Assembly: GCA_902384455.1 (NCBI GenBank)
Contig: CABMCB010000071.1
Span: 128,001-192,000, forward strand
Length of the DNA: 64,000 nucleotides
Direction: 5' to 3'
Source of the DNA: an uncultured archaeon
GTDB lineage: Archaea; Altiarchaeota; Altiarchaeia; IMC4; SCGC-AAA252-I15
A model generated the notes under the pieces. That model worked only from the letters and a program-made list of their open reading frames with translations, was not told the origin of the DNA and searched no databases. This document shows positions 37,535-47,107 of the stretch, piece after piece (position 1 is the stretch's first letter; every line of letters starts with the position of its first letter). A program made the translations under genes and the position numbers.

Positions 37535-38935
37535 TCAGTACGTCTTCGCTATCCGTATGTGTGTTCCTGGGTTTCCGCAGTTTACGCAGTCTGTTTTTTT
37601 GTCTTCCTCGATGGTGAGTATTGTGCCGATTGGTTCTATTTGTTTGGCGCATTCTTGTTTTCCGCACCAGCCGGCCTCTATTATTCCGCCTGTGGTAAGG
37701 CGTTCCTCAAGTTCCTGCATGTTCGCGGCCTTTTTGATTCTGTGGTTGAATGATTCCTGCGCTTTCTTCTTCAAGTTCGCTTCTATGTCTGAGAATATTT
37801 TGTGTACGTCAAGGTCGGCTTCTGGGACGAAAAGTTTCTCGCCCGTGTCGCGGCGCACAACGACGACCTGTTTTTTCTCCAGGTCGCGGGGGCCTATCTC
37901 TATCCTTAATGGCACGCCGCGCTGCTCCCAGTAGTAATACTTTTCGCCGGGCCGTATTTCTCGGTCGTCTATTTCAACGCGGATGCCGTGCTTCTCCAGC
38001 TTATGCTTTAAGGCCTCGGCTTCCTTTCGGACTTTCCCTTCAGTGTCTTTGAATATGATGGGGACGATGACGGCTTGCACTGGCGCCACTTGAGGTGGAA
38101 GTATCATTCCTTTTTCGTCGCCGTGGACTGAGATTACTGCGGCAAGAAGCCTTCCGAATCCGGGGCCGTAGCTTGTCTGCCAGGCGTGGTGTCTTCCGCC
38201 TTGTTCGTCTGCGTATGTGATGTCGAATACTTTGGAAAAGTGTTGGCCTAGGTTGTGGACTGTCGCTATCTGCAGTGTTTTTCCGTCGGGCATTAGTGTT
38301 TCAAATGCTATTGTGTATTCTGCGCCAGGGAACTTGTCCCAGTCGGGGCGCTTGTTCACCTGATACGGTAGGCACAATAAGTCGCCGATTAGCTTGCCGT
38401 AGATGCCTATTATCGTCTCAATGTTCTCAAGCGCTTCCTTGCGTGTCGCAAAGGCGGTGTGGCCTTCGTTCCACAGGAATTCTCGTCCGCGTATTAGCGG
38501 GCGCGTGTGTTTGGTGTCGTAGCGGTATACTGCGCAGCTTTGGTGGATTTTGATTGGGAGGTCGCCGTGTGTGCGAACCCACAGTGAAAAAAGGTTGTAC
38601 ATTGAGGTTTCGCTTGTTGGGCGCAGCGCCAGTTTTCTTTCAAGCGGCGTTGCTCCTGCGTGCGTCACCCAAAATACTTCGTTTTCGAATCCTGCGATGT
38701 GTTCGCTTTCTTTCCCCAAGACGTCTTCGGGAATAAGCACCGGGAAGAGCACGGGCTCGTGACCGTCTTCTTCAAGCCGGCGCTCAAGGTACTGTTGGGC
38801 TTGGCGTATGATATAGAGGCCCCATTTTCTGTAGACGAGCATCCCCTTTATGGGGTAACGCTGGTCTATCACCTGCGCCTCATCCAATACCTTATGGTAC
38901 CATTCAGAGAAGTCCTCTTCCTTGGGAAATTCCAT
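37535..38935 (-). CDS. proS: proline--tRNA ligase (archaeal/eukaryotic type)
   Basis: FSEWY, LRPTSET, TRPLIRGREFLWNEGHT, FPGA, QTSYG, C-terminal AKTY. Confidence 0.96.
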   Translation of the reverse strand: MEFPKEEDFSEWYHKVLDEAQVIDQRYPIKGMLVYRKWGLYIIRQAQQYLERRLEEDGHEPVLFPVLIPEDVLGKESEHIAGFENEVFWVTHAGATPLERKLALRPTSETSMYNLFSLWVRTHGDLPIKIHQSCAVYRYDTKHTRPLIRGREFLWNEGHTAFATRKEALENIETIIGIYGKLIGDLLCLPYQVNKRPDWDKFPGAEYTIAFETLMPDGKTLQIATVHNLGQHFSKVFDITYADEQGGRHHAWQTSYGPGFGRLLAAVISVHGDEKGMILPPQVAPVQAVIVPIIFKDTEGKVRKEAEALKHKLEKHGIRVEIDDREIRPGEKYYYWEQRGVPLRIEIGPRDLEKKQVVVVRRDTGEKLFVPEADLDVHKIFSDIEANLKKKAQESFNHRIKKAANMQELEERLTTGGIIEAGWCGKQECAKQIEPIGTILTIEEDKKTDCVNCGNPGTHIRIAKTY

Positions 38936-38964
38936 AGTCCAAATACTTTATGTAGCAATATATC

Positions 38965-39678
38965 TTAACTTGTTTCTTCTTTTAGTTTTTTTCTTTTATC
39001 TATCCTTTCCTTAAAGTCGTTTAACTTACTTGGAGCGACATATACATATTCAACTATTGCTCTGAAAAACTCGTCAATAGCTATAGTATCATATGGTTTT
39101 ACCTCTCCTGCTAAGTCATGCGCTCCAGCATTTCCGAGGTTTCTCAATACTTCAGTCATCTCAGATAGTACCGGCGGTATTTCTCCATTAGACGCTAATT
39201 TTTTTAATCGTTGTTGTAAAGTGCCTTTTCTTATTCCTCTGTCCGTACATATCGCTTCAAGAGTACGTCTAATCTGAACAGCAAATGCGTTTGGAGCTAA
39301 CTCTCGTATTCTTGCTGCTTCTTCATAGAGGTTTGAAACTCTTTTCGGAACAGAATTATGAAGTTGCCCCAACCTTGTTGGGTATACTAAATCATATCCC
39401 GAAAAATCTATATACCCTGAGGGATCTACTTCATTGCTAGGTCCATATTCAGTTTCATCCTTCCCATATAATAAGACTTCATGGCAAATTTCACAAACTG
39501 CGACATAAAATGTATATAGCGATTCCACCTCTGCTTTTTCTCCGCTAGTCCAATATCCACCTTCAAGAATGCTATGATGCGTATACACTAACTTTTGTTG
39601 CGTTAGATTCCCGCAATGATGACATAATGCAACATTACGAACCTCTACGTCCTTTTTCTGTACTTTTTGCCTCTTCAT
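38965..39678 (-). CDS. DUF4145 (HEPN-like) domain protein
   Basis: N-terminal CxxC..CxxC; EA......A.....RRTLE..C, L..RL..L, LRNLGNAGAH; AT-rich relative to neighbours. Confidence 0.8.
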   Translation of the reverse strand: MKRQKVQKKDVEVRNVALCHHCGNLTQQKLVYTHHSILEGGYWTSGEKAEVESLYTFYVAVCEICHEVLLYGKDETEYGPSNEVDPSGYIDFSGYDLVYPTRLGQLHNSVPKRVSNLYEEAARIRELAPNAFAVQIRRTLEAICTDRGIRKGTLQQRLKKLASNGEIPPVLSEMTEVLRNLGNAGAHDLAGEVKPYDTIAIDEFFRAIVEYVYVAPSKLNDFKERIDKRKKLKEETS

Positions 39679-40740
39679 TTAAATTTTCTCCCCTCTAATT
39701 TCCGGCCGCACTACCGTCAAAAAGTTCATCAGAAGCACAAGTATCATCGGGCCAAGCAAGAGTCCCATGAACCCGAAGGCGAGCGGCCCGAAAATGTAGG
39801 CGTACATCATCAAACTGGGGTTTATTCGGCGGCCCACAAGTAGCGGCCTGAACAGTAGTCCTAGTCCTGCGTCTATTATTGCTTCCATTGTGATGAGGAC
39901 TGTGGCGATGAACGTCCAGTCTGATGTGAGGGTGCCTTGGAGTATTGCTTGCGCTGTAAGGTATATTACTATTGGGAGGGTGATTATTGCGACTCCTGCT
40001 ATTGGGATTAAAGTGGAAAATCCTGTGAGTATCCCAAGGAGGAAGGGGTAGGGTATTGCGAGTGTTGGCGGGGCAAAGGCGTTTAGTATGAAAAGTAGAA
40101 GCGACGCCGAAAGGGCGGTTAACGCCGCCATGAGGATGTTTCCGGTGAATACGCTGTTGAGGTCTTTGTCTGCTTCGTTGAAGTAGCGCCTTATGAGCGT
40201 CCTTTGTTCTTCCGGGACAAGCGATTCGACGTAAGCTCGCGCTTTGTCGCCGTACATCAAAAGGTGGTATGCTACGACCAGCACGAGGAACAATCTAAAG
40301 AGGACGCCCAAAAAAGCGAATATGAGGCTGAAGCCTATCTGCACCGCCTTCTTTACGTCGGGGTTGGTGCTTACGGACTTTAGTATGTCGTTGGGGTCTA
40401 TTTGGTCAGCGACTTTAGCGTACTCGGACGCAGTCAGCTTAATCTGGCTGACGTAAGGCAAGTCCGTGTTCGCAAGGAAATCGGATGCGTCAGTGAACGC
40501 CACAATCAAAGTGTAAGTAAGAAGCAACGTGACAGGCAACACCACCACAAGAAGAGAGCCCACAGCGGAAACCCTCTTCATCTTGACTATCCTGCCCCCC
40601 TCCTTATGTAGCGAACGGGTAATGTAATAAAAGAATACGCCGTAGACCACCGCGTCAAGAAACTGAAAAACCATATACGCCGCAGCCAAAGCAACCACAC
40701 CGCCATACAAAAGCCATGCGCGCCCAAAACCCTTCATCAC
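39679..40740 (-). CDS. AI-2E (PerM) family transporter
   Basis: Multi-TM; IPIAG, RPLLVG, GPLAFGFMGLLLGP. Confidence 0.85.
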   Translation of the reverse strand: MMKGFGRAWLLYGGVVALAAAYMVFQFLDAVVYGVFFYYITRSLHKEGGRIVKMKRVSAVGSLLVVVLPVTLLLTYTLIVAFTDASDFLANTDLPYVSQIKLTASEYAKVADQIDPNDILKSVSTNPDVKKAVQIGFSLIFAFLGVLFRLFLVLVVAYHLLMYGDKARAYVESLVPEEQRTLIRRYFNEADKDLNSVFTGNILMAALTALSASLLLFILNAFAPPTLAIPYPFLLGILTGFSTLIPIAGVAIITLPIVIYLTAQAILQGTLTSDWTFIATVLITMEAIIDAGLGLLFRPLLVGRRINPSLMMYAYIFGPLAFGFMGLLLGPMILVLLMNFLTVVRPEIRGEKI

Positions 40741-40780
40741 ATAAATCCTTGCCTAAACGGGCATAAAAGACGGCTCAAAC

Positions 40781-41995
40781 TCACTCATACCGTAACGCAT
40801 CCACCGGCTTAAGAGAAGCAGCCTGCTGCGCAGGAAGCACACCCGACAAGCAGCCGACGACGAAAGAGAACGACAACGCACCCAAAATCAACTGCCAGCT
40901 CACAGACGCCTGAATAAGGTCCTGCCCCAACTGATTCACCGCAATATACTCAAAAGATTTAGCAAGCAATACACCAAACACGCACCCCACCGCGCCGCCC
41001 ACAGAACCAATCAAACCCGCCTCAATCAAAAACATAGTTCTGATATTGCCGTTCGTGGCCCCAATGCTCTTCATAATCCCAATCTCCTTAGTCCTCTCCA
41101 AAACGCTCGTATACATCGTGTTCATAATCCCGATTCCACCCACAACCAAGCTAATCGCCGCTATGCCGAAAAGGACGGCCTGCACCGCGGAAAATATGAC
41201 GTCGAAGCTCTCCTGAAGCTGCTCTTTGGTGTAAACATCAAAGAACTCCTCTCCCTTCTTCAAGTCGTGGTACCTGCGCAGAGCCTGCTTTATGTTTTCC
41301 GCGACCACCGCGTTGTCTTCGCCGCTTTTCACCTTGGCGACTATCGCGTAGACGTTTTTAGGTTCATTGAAGAGAGTGCGTGCGGTCTCTATGGGTATGT
41401 AAATGTTTGTGTCGTCCTGCGGGTTGCCTATTTTACTTACTGTAGCCGCCACGCGGAAAGGAACGCCCTCGATGAGTATGCGTTCGCCAATACTTACGGG
41501 ATGATCCTTGAACAAAACCCCCGTCGCAATGTTATACCCTATGGCGACCTTGTTGCTGTTGGCGTCTGAAGCGTCAAAAGGATGCGCAGGATTAAGCTTA
41601 ATGTTCTCGCCGTCAACTATAAGGTCGAGGCTGTTGTCGGTGGGCAATCCGGAAACGAAAGTGTACTTGGTTTCATCGTGAAGCTGCACCTTAGCGAACT
41701 TCGTCACCATCTGCGCCGCATCCTCAACACCTTTCACCGTCTTAATCACCCTAAAATCATCTTTAGTAAGCGACTTGCCCATAGAGGGCCCGAATGAGCC
41801 GGAAGGAATGATGTAAACAGTGTCTTTGCCTATGAGGTCGAACTGCTTGTTTATCGCGTCCTGAAGGCCCTGCCCCAAAGAAAGTAAGGAGACTATTGTT
41901 ACTATACCCACGATTATGCCAAGCATCGTAAGCCAGCTTCTTGCGCCCTTGTTTTTTAGGCCTTCTATTGAGATGCGCAGGAATTCGCTTATCAT
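40781..41995 (-). CDS. ABC transporter permease, MacB/FtsX family
   Basis: RSWLTMLGIIVG, GIMNTMYTSVLERTKEIGIMKSIGA, PVDALRYE. Confidence 0.93.
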   Translation of the reverse strand: MISEFLRISIEGLKNKGARSWLTMLGIIVGIVTIVSLLSLGQGLQDAINKQFDLIGKDTVYIIPSGSFGPSMGKSLTKDDFRVIKTVKGVEDAAQMVTKFAKVQLHDETKYTFVSGLPTDNSLDLIVDGENIKLNPAHPFDASDANSNKVAIGYNIATGVLFKDHPVSIGERILIEGVPFRVAATVSKIGNPQDDTNIYIPIETARTLFNEPKNVYAIVAKVKSGEDNAVVAENIKQALRRYHDLKKGEEFFDVYTKEQLQESFDVIFSAVQAVLFGIAAISLVVGGIGIMNTMYTSVLERTKEIGIMKSIGATNGNIRTMFLIEAGLIGSVGGAVGCVFGVLLAKSFEYIAVNQLGQDLIQASVSWQLILGALSFSFVVGCLSGVLPAQQAASLKPVDALRYE

Positions 41996-41996
41996 T

Positions 41997-43214
41997 TTAG
42001 CGGTACCTCATTGCGTCGACTGGTTGTAGTCTGCTTGCTTGTTTTGCTGGGAGGTATCCTGAGATGCATCCTACGAAGAACCCGAAGAGGAGTGCTCCTA
42101 ATGCTATGTTGATGGTGATCTGTGCTTCTATCAGTCCGTAAGCCATGTTTCTGGCGAGTATTTCCACTGTTTTGGCTATTCCGAATCCGAGCAGGACGCC
42201 GACTAAGCTTCCTACTACTCCCACAAGCCCCGCCTCTATCAGGAACAAAAGCAGTATGTCGCCGTTTTTGGCTCCTATGCTCTTCATTATTCCTATTTGG
42301 CGCGTTCTTTCTATGACGCTCGTGTACATGGTGTTCATTATGCCTATGGCCCCCACGATGAGGCTTACTGCGGCGAGGCCTGTTATTACTGTCTGCACTA
42401 TGTTGAGTATTGTGAGGAAGCTTTCCACCAGTTGCTGTAGGGTGATGACGGTGAAGTCTTCTTCGCCTTCTTTGACGTGGTGTAGGCGTCTGAGCCTGAC
42501 TTCTATGTCTTGGCTTACTTGAGTGATGTTTTCTCCGTCTTTCGTGAGCACCATGATTCCCATGTACGTGTCGGTTGCGTTGAAGAGTTCTTTCGCCGCA
42601 TCCTTGGTGACGTCAATCCTCGTCTGCATTGCGGGGTCGCCCACGTCTTTGTATATGCCGGCGATGCGTTTGGGGGTGCCTTCAATCAGTATGGTGTCGC
42701 CGAGAGTCAGGTTGCGGTCGAAGTTGTCGTAGGCTATTTTGGATCCGACTACTACGCTGTCTTTGTCGCTGTCGGATATGCGCTTTCCTTCTTCAAGGTC
42801 GAATTCTCCGAACACGTCTTGTACCCTATGGCTTTCGGAATCCTGCGGTATGGCAAACACCAGGGCCGAAGTAGTTTTCTTCCTGAATTCTATTAGGGCT
42901 GGCTGTCTGTTTTGTCCCACGGCGTATTCGACGCCTTTCACTTTCATTATTTCGGAGACGTCTTTGTCTCCAAGTGATGCGGCGGCATACCCCGGGGGGC
43001 CGCTTGTTCCTACTCCTCCTCCGGCGAATACTATTACTCTGCGTACTCCTGCTTTGGCGAATTCGTCGCGGATTGCGTTTTCCAGTCCTCCGCCTAAGCT
43101 CAATAGAGTGACTACTGCCATTACGCCTACGAAGACGCCTACTACTGTCAGCCAGCTTCTTAGCTTCCTGTGGAACAGGTTGCCTACTGCGAGCTGGAAG
43201 TACTCTATGAGCAT
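41997..43214 (-). CDS. ABC transporter permease, MacB/FtsX family
   Basis: RSWLTVVGVFVG, GIMNTMYTSVIERTRQIGIMKSIGA, PVDAMRY. Confidence 0.93.
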   Translation of the reverse strand: MLIEYFQLAVGNLFHRKLRSWLTVVGVFVGVMAVVTLLSLGGGLENAIRDEFAKAGVRRVIVFAGGGVGTSGPPGYAAASLGDKDVSEIMKVKGVEYAVGQNRQPALIEFRKKTTSALVFAIPQDSESHRVQDVFGEFDLEEGKRISDSDKDSVVVGSKIAYDNFDRNLTLGDTILIEGTPKRIAGIYKDVGDPAMQTRIDVTKDAAKELFNATDTYMGIMVLTKDGENITQVSQDIEVRLRRLHHVKEGEEDFTVITLQQLVESFLTILNIVQTVITGLAAVSLIVGAIGIMNTMYTSVIERTRQIGIMKSIGAKNGDILLLFLIEAGLVGVVGSLVGVLLGFGIAKTVEILARNMAYGLIEAQITINIALGALLFGFFVGCISGYLPAKQASRLQPVDAMRYR

Positions 43215-43239
43215 GGCGTAAAGTTGCGCTCTGGGGGCC

Positions 43240-44544
43240 TCACATCCTCTTGAATACTTTCTTGTCTATGAATCCTGTTATGGACGACACAATCTTGAGT
43301 ATTAGCCAGAGGACCAGGTAGACGACGATTATTCCGATTAGTGCTGCGGCTATTGTGATTACGGATTGCATTGGGTTGACTGTCGTTCCGTTGAGGTTTT
43401 GGGGGTTGCATACGTTTCCTGCGACTGCGAATTTGTCTTGGTGTACGTCGTTGGTGCTTTCGTCTTTGTATGAGATGGTGCCTTTGAATGTGTAGGGGCT
43501 TCCGTCGGTTTTGTTGGTCAGAAGCGTTATGATGTAGTCTTGGTTTTGGAAGTCGTCGCTGGCTAGGTTTCCTATGTACGCTGAGTTCACGGAGTCAACG
43601 GCGTATTCTGTCGTGTTGTCCAGTGTCATGGAGACGAATTTGGCGTCGATGAATCCGTGGTTTATGACTGACAGGCCTACGGTGCATTTTCCGTCGGTTC
43701 TGGGCATGGTCTTGTCTTCGAGGTTGACTGAGACGTCAGGTTGCCCTGAAATCCATACGCCTATTGCTTGGCCTATGACGTGGGGTGTGCCGGCGTCGTC
43801 AAGGTATGCTATGGCAACTGGAATGGTGTATGCGCCGGGGCTGGCGGTCGCGTCAATTGAAACTTTGAATCTGGCTTCGAATGAGCTTCCTGCGGGTATG
43901 TCTCCTGCGTAGTCTTCTCCGGCTTGCAGTAGTTTTATGGGGGTTGAGGCGTTCATTATGACGCTTGCGTGGCGGGCTGTTGCGCCTCCTTTGTTGGTGA
44001 AAGTGACTTTTACTTCGCTTAGCGTTCCTATGTCAAATGTGTTTTTTGCGTCCACTGCGAATCGGACTATGCCTTTCACGGGGATGGTGACTTTTGTGGT
44101 GCGGGCTAGCTGTCCTTTCATGCTGTCTGGTGCGGTGTAGTATACGCTGAAGTCTAGGTCGTAGTTTGATGCGGGGGCGTCGTCCTTCACTTTGATGTCA
44201 AATGGGGTGGTCCAGCTTTCGCCTATGAACAGGTGGCCGACAGGTTTTGTCGCGTCCTTTATCACTAAGTATTTTTTCGACAGTTCGTCTGAAGGTGAAA
44301 GCACTGCCTCATAGAATATGGACTGGTCGTCGCCCAGCGGCTGTTTCGATCCGTTTACCACCGGAACAACGAATACGTCCCTGTTTGATACTCCCTCGTG
44401 GAACTTTACGTATACCGTTAGGTCGCTGCTCGGTTCTACGAAGCTGGGGTCAATGGAGACCGAATCAAACCGCACTTCGGCGGAAGCTAAAGAAGCCATG
44501 AATATGGCCGCAAGTCCAATCAACAACAGTGTTTTTTGTTTCAT
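43240..44544 (-). CDS. COG1361-type S-layer/CARDB-like protein
   Basis: Signal peptide, Ig-like repeats (N.GG..A, Y.GD/N.), C-terminal TM; usual partner of archaeal MacB-type ABC operons. Confidence 0.8.
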   Translation of the reverse strand: MKQKTLLLIGLAAIFMASLASAEVRFDSVSIDPSFVEPSSDLTVYVKFHEGVSNRDVFVVPVVNGSKQPLGDDQSIFYEAVLSPSDELSKKYLVIKDATKPVGHLFIGESWTTPFDIKVKDDAPASNYDLDFSVYYTAPDSMKGQLARTTKVTIPVKGIVRFAVDAKNTFDIGTLSEVKVTFTNKGGATARHASVIMNASTPIKLLQAGEDYAGDIPAGSSFEARFKVSIDATASPGAYTIPVAIAYLDDAGTPHVIGQAIGVWISGQPDVSVNLEDKTMPRTDGKCTVGLSVINHGFIDAKFVSMTLDNTTEYAVDSVNSAYIGNLASDDFQNQDYIITLLTNKTDGSPYTFKGTISYKDESTNDVHQDKFAVAGNVCNPQNLNGTTVNPMQSVITIAAALIGIIVVYLVLWLILKIVSSITGFIDKKVFKRM

Positions 44545-45359
44545 TTCTTATTCCCTCTTTTATCTTGTTCTTTTGTTTTAGTGTTTTTAGGTTCTGACTC
44601 ATGCTGAGTCTTCTCCGTTTTATCCTTATGGGGCGCCGCCGCAAAGGCCTCTTTCGCATCCACCACCTGCCCGTCTCGTATGTGGATTGTGCGTTCGGCG
44701 TATTTGGCGATGTCGGGTTCGTGCGTTACTACGATGATTGTTTTGCCGTCCTTGTTCAGGTCCTTGAGCATCCCCATGATTTCATAGCTGCTTTTGGAGT
44801 CCAAGTTCCCGGTCGGCTCGTCGGCAAGCACAACAGGTGGATTGTTGGCTAGCGCCCGCGCTATCGCGACGCGCTGCTGCTCCCCGCCAGAAAGCTCAGT
44901 AGGCCTGTGGTCAAGGCGGTGCCCCAGTCCGACTTCCTTAAGGAGTTCGGCAGCTCGTTTTTCTCTTTCGGTTGTTGGGGCGTCTTGGAATATCATGGGT
45001 AGCATGACGTTTTCTACGGCTGTTAGTTGTGGCATTAGGTTGAATTGTTGGAATACGAATCCTATTTTCCTGCCTCTTATTTGGGCTAGGTCTGATTCGT
45101 GTAGGCTGCTTATGTCGATTCCGTCGAGGTATATTTTTCCTTTTGTGGGTACGTCTAGGCATCCTACCATGTTCATTGTGGTGCTTTTTCCGCTTCCTGA
45201 GGGTCCCATTATGGCGACGAATTCGCGGGGGTATATCTCTAGGCTCATGCCTCTTAGTGCTGCTACTTCTACGTCTCCCATTTTGTATATCTTCCAGACT
45301 TCGTCTAGGTCTATGATGGGGTCTACGTCTTTTCTTACGTGGCGGCTATGGTCGTGCAT
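44541..45359 (-). CDS. ABC transporter ATP-binding protein (LolD/SalX-like)
   Basis: GPSGSGKST, LSGGEQQRVAIARAL, LADEPTGNLD, VTHE. Confidence 0.95.
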   Translation of the reverse strand: MHDHSRHVRKDVDPIIDLDEVWKIYKMGDVEVAALRGMSLEIYPREFVAIMGPSGSGKSTTMNMVGCLDVPTKGKIYLDGIDISSLHESDLAQIRGRKIGFVFQQFNLMPQLTAVENVMLPMIFQDAPTTEREKRAAELLKEVGLGHRLDHRPTELSGGEQQRVAIARALANNPPVVLADEPTGNLDSKSSYEIMGMLKDLNKDGKTIIVVTHEPDIAKYAERTIHIRDGQVVDAKEAFAAAPHKDKTEKTQHESEPKNTKTKEQDKRGNKK

Positions 45360-45810
45360 TGTGTTTTTTGAATGCTTTTCGGAAGCATTCGTAATCGTTT
45401 TTCAGTTTTTTTATGTGCCGCAGTGTTGATTGTGCGGCGGGGTCTTTTCCGTCGAGTTGTTTTTCTGCTTTTTCTATGGATGCGAGCATGTTTTCGAGGG
45501 TTCTGTCCAGTTCCCTCATCCTTTTTTCCATTGTTTCCTGGGCGTTGTGGATGCAGGTGAAGAATATTTTTTTGCTGCCTGCCTTTTTGAATCGCCTTAC
45601 GTCGTATAGTCTTTCCACGACGTCCATGTGGGTGCTGATTAGGCTCATGCTGTATCCGGTCTTTTCGGATATCTCCTTCAGTCCAATTGGTTCGTCGGCG
45701 AAGAATATCGCCATGTATATCCGTGCGGGAGTTTCGTCTTGTCCGAAGTAGTGCCATAGTCGGACGGCTTCTTCGGTGATTTCCTCCTGTACTTCTTCTA
45801 CTGTTTCCAC
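45346..45810 (-). CDS. GbsR/MarR-family transcriptional regulator
   Basis: ARIY..IF.A.EP..L.EISE.TGYS.S.IS winged HTH followed by a coiled coil; heads the ABC operon. Confidence 0.85.
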   Translation of the reverse strand: METVEEVQEEITEEAVRLWHYFGQDETPARIYMAIFFADEPIGLKEISEKTGYSMSLISTHMDVVERLYDVRRFKKAGSKKIFFTCIHNAQETMEKRMRELDRTLENMLASIEKAEKQLDGKDPAAQSTLRHIKKLKNDYECFRKAFKKHNARP

Positions 45811-45919
45811 GGGTGAGTAACTGATGTTGTGTTTGTTATTAAAATGCTTAATTTATTATATATTCAGTATATCTTAAAAATAGCAGATAAATACACATCG
45901 CCCTGAAGAATTAAGCGAC

Positions 45920-46234
45920 ATGTTCAAGGGCGCATGCGTTATCCTCGGCTTAGCCGTCGTAATGGCGGCGTCAGGGTGCACTTCCACATGCAAGCCTAAC
46001 GTAAACTTCACATTATGCTACCAGGTCCAAAGCGAACTCGGCGTTAACCGCTGCATTGAAACAGGGCTTAAAGACGTAGACTGCACAGTAAGCTGCCCCG
46101 ACATAAAAAAGGAAAACTACCGCGACATATGCTACTCAAACGTGGCAAAGAAAAGCTCAGACGTAGAAACATGCGGCAAAATCGCCAACAAAACAATCAT
46201 CCAAGACTGCGTGGACGCGATATTACCAAAATAA
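45920..46234 (+). CDS. small Cys-rich lipoprotein-like protein
   Basis: AASGC lipobox; C..I......D.C repeats. Confidence 0.7.
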   Translation: MFKGACVILGLAVVMAASGCTSTCKPNVNFTLCYQVQSELGVNRCIETGLKDVDCTVSCPDIKKENYRDICYSNVAKKSSDVETCGKIANKTIIQDCVDAILPK

Positions 46235-46235
46235 G

Positions 46236-46964
46236 ATGGAAAAACACCCCTCAATAGAACACCTGCAGCAACACCTGGATGAAATAGGCAAGCAAAACAC
46301 CCGCGGCGACAGAATAAGGCAGATAATACTCGGAGGCCAAGACGGCCTAGTTAACGTCATGGGTATCGTCTTGGGCGTTGCCACCGCCACAGCGGATAAT
46401 CACCTGGTAATTCTCGCCGGTCTTTCGGCGACTTTTGCAGAAAGCATATCCATGGCCGCCGTCGCCTTCACGAGCAGCCGGGCGGCTAAGGCTCATTACT
46501 TAAGTGAGTTTGAGCGTGAGAGGCAGGAAATTAGGGGTAACCCTGAGGTTGAGCGTAAGGAGGTGGAGTTGGTTTACGCTAAGAAGGGGTTTTCAGGGGA
46601 GACTCTTGAGCGTATTGTCGCTCAAATTACGTCTGACGAGGAGAAGTGGCTTAATTTCATGATGACTGAGGAGCTGCAACTTCAGGAGTCAAGCAACCTG
46701 AATCCGACGGGCGAGGCGATTGTGGTGGGGATTTCAGCGTTTATCGGCAGCTTGATTAGTCTGTGGCCGTTTTTCCTCGGTCTTCCCGCGTCAACTGCGA
46801 TTTTATGGAGTCTTGTGTGCGCGTTGGCTGTTCTTTTTGCGGCAGGCGCTTTGACTGCGAAATTGACGATTGGCGGTTGGGTGAATAAGGGGGTTGAGAT
46901 GGCCGCTATCGGCGGGTTGGCTGCGGGTGCTGGTTATGCAGTGGGGCGTTTGATTGGCGCTTAG
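46236..46964 (+). CDS. VIT1/CCC1-family Fe/Mn transporter
   Basis: ILGGQDGLV, ISMA, E-rich cytoplasmic metal-binding segment, MMTEEL. Confidence 0.9.
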   Translation: MEKHPSIEHLQQHLDEIGKQNTRGDRIRQIILGGQDGLVNVMGIVLGVATATADNHLVILAGLSATFAESISMAAVAFTSSRAAKAHYLSEFERERQEIRGNPEVERKEVELVYAKKGFSGETLERIVAQITSDEEKWLNFMMTEELQLQESSNLNPTGEAIVVGISAFIGSLISLWPFFLGLPASTAILWSLVCALAVLFAAGALTAKLTIGGWVNKGVEMAAIGGLAAGAGYAVGRLIGA

Positions 46965-46965
46965 T

Positions 46966-47085
46966 TTGGGTGTTGGTTATATTGTGGTTGCTTTTTTTGT
47001 GTTGGTGCCAGAGTGCATGTCTTCTTGCAAGCCTAACGTAAACGTCGCCCTCTGTTATCCGATTCAAAATGGTTGGTGTACTTAA
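46966..47085 (+). pseudogene. truncated paralog of the 45920-46234 gene
   Basis: Translates ..ECMSSCKPNVNVALCYPIQ versus GCTSTCKPNVNFTLCYQVQ; identical 18-mer TGCAAGCCTAACGTAAAC at 45989-46006 and 47026-47043. Confidence 0.7.
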
Positions 47086-47107
47086 GCACTATCATAAAAT
47101 AGGTATT

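Noticed and set aside
39679-45810. Regulator-ABC-S-layer-two permease-AI-2E operon as a novel system
   Set aside because: A common, already described archaeal MacB/SalXY-type arrangement.
45835-45885. Possible GbsR operator (ATATA-ttcag-TATAT)
   Set aside because: A short AT-only palindrome inside an AT-rich promoter; not distinguishable from chance.
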